A stretch of 64,000 nucleotides of DNA from NCBI GenBank assembly GCA_036265815.1, contig DATAOI010000064.1, positions 91,831 to 155,830 of the forward strand, in the 5' to 3' direction. The notes under the pieces were generated by a model. That model did not search any database, had not been told where the DNA came from, and saw only the letters and a list, made by a program, of their open reading frames with translations. This stretch comes from Gemmatimonadales bacterium. GTDB lineage: Bacteria > Gemmatimonadota > Gemmatimonadetes > Gemmatimonadales > GWC2-71-9. The position numbers were made by a program, and so were the translations under genes. Positions 18,736 through 27,780 of this stretch are shown piece after piece; position 1 is the first letter of the stretch; each line of letters begins with the position of its first letter.

Positions 18736-19440
18736 CACGCCCCAGGGCAGCGAAACATGGCGCAGGATCGTGGCCTCAGTAGTCAAGATCGACGCAAGGG
18801 TCTCGTTGACCAGCCATGGGACCGGTCTGACATCCGAATCCGCCTGGGCCCCAGCCCGCCGGCGGGCGAGTAGTCGGCGGAGGCAGACGACGGGGAAAAG
18901 TGCCGTATTCCAGTACGAGAGCCGCTCGATCTGGAGTCCGCTTTCCTCCATCAGACAGCGAAGTGCCGACCGGGTGTAACGGCGGAAGTGGAGAAGAGCG
19001 GCGTCGTGCTCGGAGAAAAGCCAAGGGTGGGCCGGCACGCTGAAGACAAACGCTCCCCCAGGCTTGAGCACCCGCACCACTTCGGCCACGGCCACGCGGT
19101 CGTTCTCGATGTGCTCCAGCACGTCGGACGCCACGACAGCATCGAACACGGCCGCGCGGAAAGGCAGCTGGGTCCCGACTGCACGGCAGAAACGGCCACC
19201 ACCCCGCGCCCCCGTGAGTGATACCGCCTCACGGTCCGGTTCGATCCCGAAGACCTCTCCCAATGATGCGTAGACGCTGGTACTGCCACCCGTGCCGCAC
19301 CCGTAGTCGAGGATCCGCGGAACTGATGAGCGGGTCGTGGTGACGGCGCGGAGGAAATCGAGCAGCACCCTGCGACGTCCCCGAAACCACCAATGTTGGG
19401 TTTCGAGCGCATGCATCGCTTCATATTCGTGGGGGAGCAT
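18706..19440 (-). CDS. class I SAM-dependent methyltransferase
   Basis: It has motif I (ILDYGCGTGGST) and the downstream VVASDVLEHI and LKPGGAFVF, typical of Methyltransf_11/23 proteins. Confidence 0.85.
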   Translation of the reverse strand: MLPHEYEAMHALETQHWWFRGRRRVLLDFLRAVTTTRSSVPRILDYGCGTGGSTSVYASLGEVFGIEPDREAVSLTGARGGGRFCRAVGTQLPFRAAVFDAVVASDVLEHIENDRVAVAEVVRVLKPGGAFVFSVPAHPWLFSEHDAALLHFRRYTRSALRCLMEESGLQIERLSYWNTALFPVVCLRRLLARRRAGAQADSDVRPVPWLVNETLASILTTEATILRHVSLPWGVSLVGTAHRA

Positions 19441-21185
19441 CGGGCCTCAATTCGTCGCGGAGGATTAAAGCGCAGTCGATACAGCACTGCGTCCGCCGTT
19501 TGGTTGGTATAGATCACCTCTCCACCGGCATCGTCAACGGCGGCCATAAGCAATGCGCGCTCATCCAGATTAGGGTGGGCATAGTCCGAGAGCACCATCC
19601 AGGCGTAAGGCCGAGCGGCGTCGCGAATTCTTCTGGCTTCATTCTCTGCCCAGCCCGGATCGGGCTGGGGCGGAGTATACCCCGTGCCCATCCGGCCCTG
19701 AGATCCACTCGGGGTGCCAAAGAGCTCGATTCCGCGTTTCTGCCGGTAGACCAGCGAATCCGCATCGCCGGCGACCCGCCTTCCCCGGCTCGCCCCATTG
19801 ACGAAGCCCGGGCCATCAGGCCCTGCAATCCTGGCTACCCAGGCCAGACGCGCCGTGTCCGGCCGGCTCCAGTCCGTGGTGTGGAAGACCCAGGGCGGGG
19901 TGACCCGGGCAAACACGTAGATCGGCTCTCCTCTGGAACGAACTCGGAAGTCGTCCGCCAAGGGGCGTACCTCCAAACCTCGAATCCCCCAGTCCGGTGG
20001 TGGCACGAACGTAAGCACCGCCGCGACCATCACCGAGGGGTAGAGGAAAGCCATGACCAGCCATCGGGAACGGATTCGGGGCCACATGCTCTCGGCGCGC
20101 TCCGCCAGGCCGACCAGGCCAGTTGCGACCATAATCGCCAGGAGCGGGGCGGCGAACAGCACCAGGCGTGCCGCGATGGGATACTGGCCGACCGCCGAAG
20201 CGCCGAAGGCGGCGGCGAGCGGGCCGGCGACCAGAATGGCATAGTCCGGGCCCCGGCGGCGCCAGATACCGGCCACCCCGATGCAAGTCAGCAGGATAAG
20301 CAGAGGAGTGACGTCGACGAGTCCGCGCCAGCAGGTCAGGGTACAGCCGGTTTCCTCGAGGCCCAACCAGGAACGGGAGATGAGATGGGGGGTGCCAAGC
20401 CGCAGGATGGCTTGGCTCCAGAAGTCGCGCATGTACGGGGCGCGGGCGTTGGGGGCGTACCATGTGGCGTAGGTGACACCGAAGATCGCCAGCCAACAGG
20501 TGAGGATCGCCCCGAGTCCGACCAACGCCCGTGTCCTTCGGGCGCGGAGCGCAGTCACAGCCAACCCTCCGGCCACCGCACCCGAGACCAGGAGGGCCGG
20601 TGTGGACACCAGCACGGCCGCCACTCCGCCGAGCGCGAGCCGGAGCCAATTGCGTCGGTTGCCCAGGTCCTCTGCCACACGGCATCCGGTCCAGACCAGC
20701 ACCGTGGCAACGAACGCGTCCACGATGTATGGCTTGACCTCGACGGAGTACCGGATCAGGGGAAACGCCGTGCCGACCAGCGCCAGCGCCACCAGTGCCT
20801 CGACTCGGCCGGTCACCTCGGCGGCCAAGCGATAAAGAACCCACAGCAGCCCGATGCCGGCGAGCAGCGGCACCACTCTCAGAGAGTAGCCGGAGACGCC
20901 CCCCAGCAGGACGAGGAGGCGCTCGGCCCAGAGAAAGGGGATCGTGGCGACCTGACCATAGTCGAGGGGTTGAAGCAATCGGAGAAAGCCGCGGCGCCCG
21001 ATGTTCAAACCGAGCATCGCCTCATCGCCGCTAAGTGAGGCATTCTGCAGAAAACCGACGATTCGGGTGAGAGCGCCGAACGCGAACACCGCGACGGCAA
21101 GCGGCGGGACACGCGATGCGGTCAACGCTTGACGGCTGCGACCTGCCCGTTCTTCACGACGACCCTCAAGTGACTGTAGATCCAT
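18951..21185 (-). CDS. GT-C fold (ArnT/PMT, family-39-like) membrane glycosyltransferase; ORF has no stop before the methyltransferase gene
   Basis: The N-terminal roughly 580 aa are polytopic (about 12 TM) plus a soluble C-domain ending ...AVLYRLRFNPPRRIEA near 19440. The remaining roughly 163 codons are low-complexity Cys/Ser/Arg-rich sequence read out of frame across 18951-19440. The start at 21185 is uncertain and overlaps the upstream gene by 64 nt. Confidence 0.6.
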   Translation of the reverse strand: MDLQSLEGRREERAGRSRQALTASRVPPLAVAVFAFGALTRIVGFLQNASLSGDEAMLGLNIGRRGFLRLLQPLDYGQVATIPFLWAERLLVLLGGVSGYSLRVVPLLAGIGLLWVLYRLAAEVTGRVEALVALALVGTAFPLIRYSVEVKPYIVDAFVATVLVWTGCRVAEDLGNRRNWLRLALGGVAAVLVSTPALLVSGAVAGGLAVTALRARRTRALVGLGAILTCWLAIFGVTYATWYAPNARAPYMRDFWSQAILRLGTPHLISRSWLGLEETGCTLTCWRGLVDVTPLLILLTCIGVAGIWRRRGPDYAILVAGPLAAAFGASAVGQYPIAARLVLFAAPLLAIMVATGLVGLAERAESMWPRIRSRWLVMAFLYPSVMVAAVLTFVPPPDWGIRGLEVRPLADDFRVRSRGEPIYVFARVTPPWVFHTTDWSRPDTARLAWVARIAGPDGPGFVNGASRGRRVAGDADSLVYRQKRGIELFGTPSGSQGRMGTGYTPPQPDPGWAENEARRIRDAARPYAWMVLSDYAHPNLDERALLMAAVDDAGGEVIYTNQTADAVLYRLRFNPPRRIEARCSPTNMKRCMRSKPNIGGFGDVAGCCSISSAPSPRPAHQFRGSSTTGAARVAVPASTHHWERSSGSNRTVRRYHSRGRGVVAVSAVQSGPSCLSARPCSMLSWRPTCWSTSRTTAWPWPKWCGCSSLGERLSSACRPTLGFSPSTTPLFSTSAVTPGRHFAV

Positions 21186-21685
21186 TCCTCTCCGCCCGAG
21201 TCAGTCCGCACTATCCTCGCCGGCCGGCCCATAGCGGCCCGAAGTTGGTCGACATTGAATCCGGGTCGAACTTGACGACACGAAATGAGGGCGCGCACCT
21301 GCTGGTTCCAATCCTGATGCTCGCGACCCAGGCGACTCAGGCGAGCCGAGTCCGCGACATTGCAGCTGGGCGGCTGGGCTCCTTTCCCTGCCTGGTCGGG
21401 AGCCGGCAGGGCCTCAAATGCCCGGTCGAGCATCGGCTTCCCATCGTCCCTGGCAGCCTGAGGAGCTGTCGGCGGCACCTCAGGCGTCGCCAGCACTCCT
21501 TGAGGAACCACGGAGTGCACCAGCTTAGACAAGTCAATGATCCCGGTGAATGTCGCGACACCCATCAGCAGCACAGCAGCCACACCGAGCTGAACGATGA
21601 CGCCGAGCAGCACGCTTCGCCCACACCAGGGACACACGGAGGTGTGAGGCGCGAATTGACCACCACATCCAGGGCAGCTTCTCAA
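21122..21685 (-). CDS. zinc-ribbon / single-TM protein with SmpA/OmlA (BamE)-like C-terminal domain
   Basis: It has CPGCG...CPWCG at the N-terminus, one TM helix, and the C-terminal pattern GFNVDQLRAAMGRPARIV..GEEWIY. Confidence 0.5.
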   Translation of the reverse strand: MRSCPGCGGQFAPHTSVCPWCGRSVLLGVIVQLGVAAVLLMGVATFTGIIDLSKLVHSVVPQGVLATPEVPPTAPQAARDDGKPMLDRAFEALPAPDQAGKGAQPPSCNVADSARLSRLGREHQDWNQQVRALISCRQVRPGFNVDQLRAAMGRPARIVRTDSGGEEWIYSHLRVVVKNGQVAAVKR

Positions 21686-22003
21686 GGCCGTGCCGAAGTC
21701 TCCGGTGACGCTCTCCTCTTCAGACAGCCGGCTCGGGGATAGGTGAGGAGGCGCTCACGGTCGGCGTGGACCCGCGCCCGGGCCTGCGCCAGGCACGCCG
21801 TCACTTCATGTTGTGACCCAAAGCCGCAGCAGACCATCCCGAGGCGATGGAGTTGTAGGAACGATACCACAGGTCGAGCGGCTACCTGAATTGTTCTCGG
21901 GTCTGAAGTAGGTGGAACTACGCTAAATCTTGCACTCCAGAGCGATGGGCGCCAGTTCCGGTCTAATTGCCACCCGGCGGCACCATCGGTATGCTCCGCC
22001 CCC

Positions 22004-22978
22004 ATGGTGGCTTCGCTTTCACGTCGGCGGCTGCTTGGGGCGCTTCTAGGCGCGGTCGCTACAGGTGTGCTACTGTTGGCGATTCACCGCTCCGAAAGCG
22101 ACTTCGACCTGCTTTGGTACTCCGCACGGCATCTCGTCAACGGGCGTGACCCCTACCCTCTCTGGCGCGAGCATTGGAAATACCCACTCTACTATCCGCT
22201 TCCGGCAGTCCTCATGGCCGTGCCGTTCGCATGGCTGCCGCTCGTCCTAGCGCGCACCGTCTACGGAGTTGCCGTTGGAGCGTTGTTCGGGGCGGCTCTC
22301 CAGGGCCAGCCGTGGTGGCGCTGGTCGGTCCTCTTGAGCGGTGCCTACGTCTACGCCGCGCTTCGGGCCCAGCCGAACCAGGCCCTACTTGCGGCGGCCC
22401 TCATGCCGACGCTTGGGGGCCTGTTCACCATGAAGCCCAACAGCGGCCTCGTGCTCTTTGCGGCGTACCCGTCGCGCAAAGCGGTGGTGGGGAGCATCGC
22501 AATATTGGCGGTGAGTCTGACAATCCTGCCCCGCTGGCCAATTGAATGGCATCAGGCCGTGCACGGCACGCTGGTCATTCAACCTGCCATCCAGCGGCCG
22601 TGGGGGTGGCTCCTCCTCCTTGGCCTCGTCCGGTGGCGCGAGCCGCGCGGACGGCTCCTGGCGGCGCTAGCCGTCGTCCCCCTGAATTCACTGCCACACG
22701 AGACCCTGGCCCTGTGTCTCATCCCAGCCAGCGGGGCGGAGATGGCGATCTACTGTCTAGGCACCTGGATCGCTACCGCCGCGACGATGGAAGCACGCCT
22801 CGTAGCGCCCACGCTCGAAGCCGCCCAAAGGCTGGTCTGGCCATGGTTGCTCGGAGCGGTCTACCTCCCAATGCTGGTTTGCGTGCTCCGACCGTCAGCA
22901 AGGAAACACCCTGTGAAAAGGGAACCGACCGAAGGTGACGACGCCGTTGGCGGCCCTGGTGTCGGACAGGGCGTCTGA
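22004..22978 (+). CDS. DUF2029-like polytopic membrane protein (putative polyprenyl-phosphate-sugar-dependent glycosyltransferase), paralogue 1
   Basis: 324 aa and about 9 TM. It shares DPYP..PLYYPLPAVLMAVPF, KPNSGLVLFAAYPSR and PHETLALCLIP with the ORFs at 23047 and 27781. Confidence 0.65.
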   Translation: MVASLSRRRLLGALLGAVATGVLLLAIHRSESDFDLLWYSARHLVNGRDPYPLWREHWKYPLYYPLPAVLMAVPFAWLPLVLARTVYGVAVGALFGAALQGQPWWRWSVLLSGAYVYAALRAQPNQALLAAALMPTLGGLFTMKPNSGLVLFAAYPSRKAVVGSIAILAVSLTILPRWPIEWHQAVHGTLVIQPAIQRPWGWLLLLGLVRWREPRGRLLAALAVVPLNSLPHETLALCLIPASGAEMAIYCLGTWIATAATMEARLVAPTLEAAQRLVWPWLLGAVYLPMLVCVLRPSARKHPVKREPTEGDDAVGGPGVGQGV

Positions 22979-23046
22979 TCCTGGCCCGGGGATTCTGGAC
23001 GCCTGCTCACGCTCCGCGACGCCTCGGGTGAGCACAGGGCGTGTGC

Positions 23047-24033
23047 TCATTCCTCATTGGGTGCTTGGATCGTCTCAAGCTCATTGTCGCGACGGAGAAC
23101 CAGAACAAGGCAGGGCAGATAGACCAGCAGCAGAAAGACGGGCCAGAGCGTTCCGATTGCCGCGGTCAGATGATGGCTCGGGTCCGCCTGGATAGCGAAT
23201 GCGCCAGCTATGAGCGAGAGACCCACGAGTATCAGCATCTCACGCAAGGTCCTTGGGATCAGCAGTAAGGGAACCATCTCGTACAGCAGAGTCGTCTGGG
23301 GCACCAGGGCAAGCACTCCGAGCATGCGCGCCTCGGGTCGGCGCCAGCGGAGAAAGCTCAGCAGCAGAAGGAATCCTCCTGCTCGGCCGACTGGTGGTGT
23401 CGTGTGGGGCATCGCCAAAGATGCGGCAAGAAATGGTCGAACCCACCCTGGTACCAGCACGAAGGAAAGCAGCGTAAGGACCACCCCACCGATGAGGGCG
23501 GCCCGAGATGGCCAGCCCGCAAAAAGGGCCGCCCCGATGGTGGGTTTCGCTGCCCACACGAAGCCGAGCGCCGGCACTGCGGCCGCAGCCGTCAGCAAGG
23601 GAGACCACTGGACCGAGATCAGGGCATGGAGGTAGAAAGCGGAACCGAGACCGAGCAGCCCCCACCAGCCCCGCGCCAAAAGCGTCCACACCAACGCGGC
23701 CGTTCCGATGCCCGCCCAGAGCCACAGTGCCGATTGCAGAGGCAGCACTGCAAAGGGCGCCGCCACGAGTATGGCCGGCGCCGGATACACCAGCGGGTAG
23801 TTGAATTGACCGAAATGATAGCCCGATGCCAGGGCGGCGTAAGGATCCAATCCCTCCAGGAGGGCTCGCCCTGCCGCCCAGGTTTCGTCCCAATCCGACT
23901 TCGGGACCGGTGGCTGATGACCCGCGTGAACGACCGCGGCGGCAAAGCATCCGATCGCGAGAGCGACGACTGCCCTGCGGCCAGTGGTCAGTCCAGCGAC
24001 CACGTTCTGTTCGATCTGCGCCTTCCTGGGCAT
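23047..24033 (-). CDS. DUF2029-like polytopic membrane protein, paralogue 2
   Basis: It shares LDPYAA..NYPLVYPAPAILVAAPF and AKPTIGAALFAGWPSR with paralogues 1 and 3. I chose the ATG at 24033 by N-terminal alignment to the paralogues. The track ORF starts at GTG 24126. Confidence 0.6.
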   Translation of the reverse strand: MPRKAQIEQNVVAGLTTGRRAVVALAIGCFAAAVVHAGHQPPVPKSDWDETWAAGRALLEGLDPYAALASGYHFGQFNYPLVYPAPAILVAAPFAVLPLQSALWLWAGIGTAALVWTLLARGWWGLLGLGSAFYLHALISVQWSPLLTAAAAVPALGFVWAAKPTIGAALFAGWPSRAALIGGVVLTLLSFVLVPGWVRPFLAASLAMPHTTPPVGRAGGFLLLLSFLRWRRPEARMLGVLALVPQTTLLYEMVPLLLIPRTLREMLILVGLSLIAGAFAIQADPSHHLTAAIGTLWPVFLLLVYLPCLVLVLRRDNELETIQAPNEE

Positions 24034-24245
24034 CAGTTTATGATTTTCGCTGGCGGTGGCCGTCTCAGTGGAATTCTCGCGCCCCGTCTGGCTAGATACT
24101 TGCTGCAGCGTTGCCGGCCCGTACACGGCCGTGTCGTTTTCAGGCGGGCGGCCTCAAGCGAGCAAGCAGCAACCATGTAGCTAACCAGCTTCGGTCGAAC
24201 TGGTTACAATTCTTATCCCGGTTCCCAAGACATCCGGAGGGGGGT

Positions 24246-24485
24246 ATGACCGATGCAGCCCGGCACAGGCACCGGGGCAGAGTTCTGCGACTGCTCTGCT
24301 GGCTTGCGCTGGTTTCAATCTTAGTACCGGGAAGCGCCCACGCCTATGTGGACCCTTCGACCGGAAGCATGTTGCTCCAGGTGCTGGTTGCCGGCGTCCT
24401 TGGCGCGGCCTTCACCGCCCGACAGTGGTGGGGGCGGGTCGCGACAGCCGTGCGGCAACTGCGGGACCGAGCGACACGCCGTTGA
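24246..24485 (+). CDS. small exported/membrane protein (signal peptide, YVDPSTGS motif, TM helix, Arg-rich tail)
   Basis: The ATG at 24246 is preceded by GGAGGGGGG. The product is MTDAARHRHRGRVLRLLCWLALVSILVPGSAHA/YVDPSTGSMLLQVLVAGVLGAAFTARQWWGRV..RR. It lies directly upstream of the LtaS-like pair. Confidence 0.5.
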   Translation: MTDAARHRHRGRVLRLLCWLALVSILVPGSAHAYVDPSTGSMLLQVLVAGVLGAAFTARQWWGRVATAVRQLRDRATRR

Positions 24486-24512
24486 TGCGCGGCGTCCGTC
24501 TCTCTCAGACCA

Positions 24513-26072
24513 ATGGCAGCTGACATCGGTTCAGCTCCGCCCTGGTATCCATTTCTCGCCAGCGCCTATCTCGTGGTGGCCTTGGCTGCGGCAAACGGTG
24601 GGGAACTGGTGGGCCCCGGCGATCTCCTCTGGCCGATCCTCATAAGCCTATTACTCGCCACCACAGCCTGGTTTCTCAACGGTCTGGTCACGAAGGAACC
24701 CGGCAAACGGGCCCTGCTTACGCTCGCCGCAGTGCTGGTCTTCGGGGCATCCGGTCGCGCGATCGTCGTTGTCCGCAGCTGGCCACCGGTCGCGGAGCTC
24801 GCCACGGACATCGTGGCCCTGACGCTGATCGTCATTCTTCTGGTTGCGTTCACCGATCTCGTCCGCCGCTCGTCACACTCCTTTCTCCCGACGCTCCGCT
24901 ATCTCAATCTCGTCGCGGCCATGCTGCTGTTGTGGTCCAGCGGCCAATTTATCTGGAACAACACCACCGCCAGAGACGCGCTGCCCATGAGCAGCCTCCC
25001 TCAGGCTCATGCGGAGGCAGGCCACCCACCGGACGCGAAGCCTGACTTCTTTTTCGTCATTCTGGACAAATACACCGGACCCCGAAGCCTGGCCGCGAAC
25101 TTTCGATTGGACGACACCGAGTTCCTCCAGTTCCTGGCGCACGAAGGATTTTTCGTCCCTCGGAATGCGCGGGCAAACTATAATCACACCTTTCTTGCCC
25201 TCGCGGCCATGCTGAATTGGCAATACCTGGATACGCTGGTTACCGCGTTGGGCCGTGACAACCAGAGCTGGCGAGCAGCCTACCCGGTTATAGAAGACAA
25301 TCGAGTGTCCCGCGCGCTCAAGCAGGAAGGCTACCGGTTCGTTTTCTTCCCTTCCGCTTTCCCGATGACAAAGCGTAACCGCTTCGCGGACCAGCAGCTC
25401 CCTGAGCCCACCAGTGCGTCTCGCGAATTTCAGTCGGTCTGGCTTCGAACGACACTGCTACGCCCGCTCCTCGAAGGCCTCTGCCCCCTCATCGGTTGCT
25501 CAACCGGAAAGTATGTCCCTGAGTCAGCGACGCTCATGGATTGGAAATTCCAGCGGATTGCCGAGCTCGCGGGAAGCAGAGAGCCGATCTTTGTGTTCGC
25601 CCATCTCACCGTGCCTCACGAGCCATATATCTACGATGCCATGTGCGGGCATCGCGATCCGTACATACCGGAAAGGGACGACGGCCCCGAAGCGTCTCGG
25701 GTTGTGGCGGCGTACGTGGACCAGGTCAAGTGCACCAACCAGCGGGTCGAGCGTCTGGTGACGGATATCCTCCATCGGGCACATCGGCAGACGATCATCA
25801 TCCTGCAAGCGGACCACGGGCATGGGCGCATGGGCCACGATCAACCCGCCTTGAAGGACGCTTTGCCCTGGCAAGTAGCCGAGCGAACGGACATCTTCGC
25901 GGCGTACTACCTGCCCGATCATCCTGCAGGGTTGCTCTCAGACTCCATCGGTCCCGTCAATGCGGTCCGGGCCATCATGCGGCATTACTACCGGTTGCCG
26001 CTGCCCCCATTGCCCGAGCGGACCTTCTGGTCCTCCTCCCACCATCCGTACGCCTTTACGAGGATCAGGTGA
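24513..26072 (+). CDS. membrane-anchored sulfatase/alkaline-phosphatase-superfamily enzyme (LtaS/EptA-like transferase), paralogue 1
   Basis: It has 4-5 N-terminal TM helices. The catalytic domain carries metal-ligand contexts DFFFVILDKYTG, NYNHT, FVFAHLTVPHEPY and ILQADHGHG. Confidence 0.75.
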   Translation: MAADIGSAPPWYPFLASAYLVVALAAANGGELVGPGDLLWPILISLLLATTAWFLNGLVTKEPGKRALLTLAAVLVFGASGRAIVVVRSWPPVAELATDIVALTLIVILLVAFTDLVRRSSHSFLPTLRYLNLVAAMLLLWSSGQFIWNNTTARDALPMSSLPQAHAEAGHPPDAKPDFFFVILDKYTGPRSLAANFRLDDTEFLQFLAHEGFFVPRNARANYNHTFLALAAMLNWQYLDTLVTALGRDNQSWRAAYPVIEDNRVSRALKQEGYRFVFFPSAFPMTKRNRFADQQLPEPTSASREFQSVWLRTTLLRPLLEGLCPLIGCSTGKYVPESATLMDWKFQRIAELAGSREPIFVFAHLTVPHEPYIYDAMCGHRDPYIPERDDGPEASRVVAAYVDQVKCTNQRVERLVTDILHRAHRQTIIILQADHGHGRMGHDQPALKDALPWQVAERTDIFAAYYLPDHPAGLLSDSIGPVNAVRAIMRHYYRLPLPPLPERTFWSSSHHPYAFTRIR

Positions 26073-26155
26073 ACGCAAGAGAAACGTCGGCTTGGTTTGC
26101 TTCCTCCGGACGGTGAGAGTCACGTGACCGGGCAGCTCAGCGCAGCAGGTGCGAC

Positions 26156-27712
26156 TTGAGGGTCAAGTCGTGCAGAGCGGTGCCCGCTTACCCGTTCTTG
26201 ATCAGCATGTATTTCGTGCTCGCGCTCGCGGCCGGGAATGGGGGGCAGCTGATCCGGCCGAGCGATCTCACGCGCCCGCTGCTTGCCTCGCTGGCCCTCA
26301 CCATTTCCGTTTGGATCATCGCCGCGGTCATTACCTGGAATGCTCAGAAGGGCGCTCTGATTGCATTCCTTACTGTCTTCGCGTTCGGCACCTTCCGGGT
26401 GGCCTACGATCCATTGGATGGTTTCCTGGCCGCTCGCGGCGAGCAAGTGACTTTCTTGTTTGTCGAAGCATGGCTGCTGGTCATCATTACGTTCGGCTTG
26501 TGGCGATACCAGGGCGATCTCAAGGGGATTTCCCGCTACCTCAACGTCGTCACGACCCTCCTCGCTGCGTTCGCCGCGGCAGGCGCAGTCCGGAGCTTCG
26601 GCCGGCCCTCGGTCGACGAAGTGACCTCGGCCCCTGCCCCGGTCAAGGTAGTCAACGCGATGACGAGCGGGTCTAGGCCCCCCGACGTCTTCCTCATCAT
26701 AGTGGACAAGTATGAGGCCTCACGAGAGCTCGCGCGGAACTACGATTTCGATAATAGCTCCTTTGAGGAGGCGCTCCAGAAGCGGGGCTTCTTCGTGCCT
26801 CAGGCCGCTCGCGCAAACTACGTGCACACGATGCTGGCCCTGGCGGCCATGCTCAACCTGCGATACCTCGAGGATTTCCCCAAACAGTTCGGCGCCGATA
26901 ATCGAGATTGGAGCCTGAGTTACCCGATCATCGAGAACAATCGGTTCGCCCTCACCCTGAAGGGACTCGGCTACCATTACATCTTCTTGCCCACTGGATT
27001 CTGGCCCACGCGGCAAAGCCGGCTCGCCGATGAACAGATCCCATCGCCGTCCATGATCCACCCGGAGTTCGAGGCGGCGTGGGTGAGCACGACACCGGTT
27101 CGAGCCGCGCAGAGAGTGATCACGGCAGCGACCGGGTACGCTTTCGACAGTCTCCCCTATGCGACCGAGTCCGCCACTCTCCTCGACTGGAAGTTTCGGC
27201 GGCTCGCCCGGATGGGTGGCCGCCCGAAGCCGGTGTTTGTGTTCGCTCACCTGGCGCTCCCTCATGAGCCGTACCTGTACCGGCGTGACTGTCGCCATCG
27301 GGATCCCTTCTGGCCGGCGGACGACCGCCCTGACAGCGTCAAGCGAGCGTACGTGGAGCAAATTCAGTGTTTGAATCACAAGCTGCTCGCGCTGATTGAC
27401 TCGATCCAAAGCCGTTCTGCGACACCGCCGATCATCCTCATCCAGGCGGATCACGGACATGGCCGCTTCGGCCGGCGTGGGCCTGGTCCGATGATCAGGG
27501 CAACGCCGACTCAAATTGCGGAACGCACGGCCGTCTTTGCCGCCTACGCGCTTCCGGGCACTCCGAGGTCCGAGCTGTGGGACAGCATTTCACCGGTGAA
27601 TGTGACCCGATTGGTCCTTCGCCATTATTTCGCTGCGGACCTCCCTCCTCTCCACGATGAGACCTATTGGTCAAGCTGGGCCTTTCCGTACCGGTTCTCG
27701 CGAGTCAATTGA
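26156..27712 (+). CDS. membrane-anchored sulfatase/alkaline-phosphatase-superfamily enzyme, paralogue 2
   Basis: It has the same architecture and motifs as 24513..26072 (DVFLIIVDKYEA, NYVHT, VFVFAHLALPHEPY, ILIQADHGHG). The start is TTG 26156 or GTG 26180. Confidence 0.75.
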   Translation: MRVKSCRAVPAYPFLISMYFVLALAAGNGGQLIRPSDLTRPLLASLALTISVWIIAAVITWNAQKGALIAFLTVFAFGTFRVAYDPLDGFLAARGEQVTFLFVEAWLLVIITFGLWRYQGDLKGISRYLNVVTTLLAAFAAAGAVRSFGRPSVDEVTSAPAPVKVVNAMTSGSRPPDVFLIIVDKYEASRELARNYDFDNSSFEEALQKRGFFVPQAARANYVHTMLALAAMLNLRYLEDFPKQFGADNRDWSLSYPIIENNRFALTLKGLGYHYIFLPTGFWPTRQSRLADEQIPSPSMIHPEFEAAWVSTTPVRAAQRVITAATGYAFDSLPYATESATLLDWKFRRLARMGGRPKPVFVFAHLALPHEPYLYRRDCRHRDPFWPADDRPDSVKRAYVEQIQCLNHKLLALIDSIQSRSATPPIILIQADHGHGRFGRRGPGPMIRATPTQIAERTAVFAAYALPGTPRSELWDSISPVNVTRLVLRHYFAADLPPLHDETYWSSWAFPYRFSRVN

Positions 27713-27780
27713 GATGCCGTGTCGCGGGTCGGGCGACGTTGTGGGCCGATCACCCTAAGCACATATTCCGCCTCGACTCC

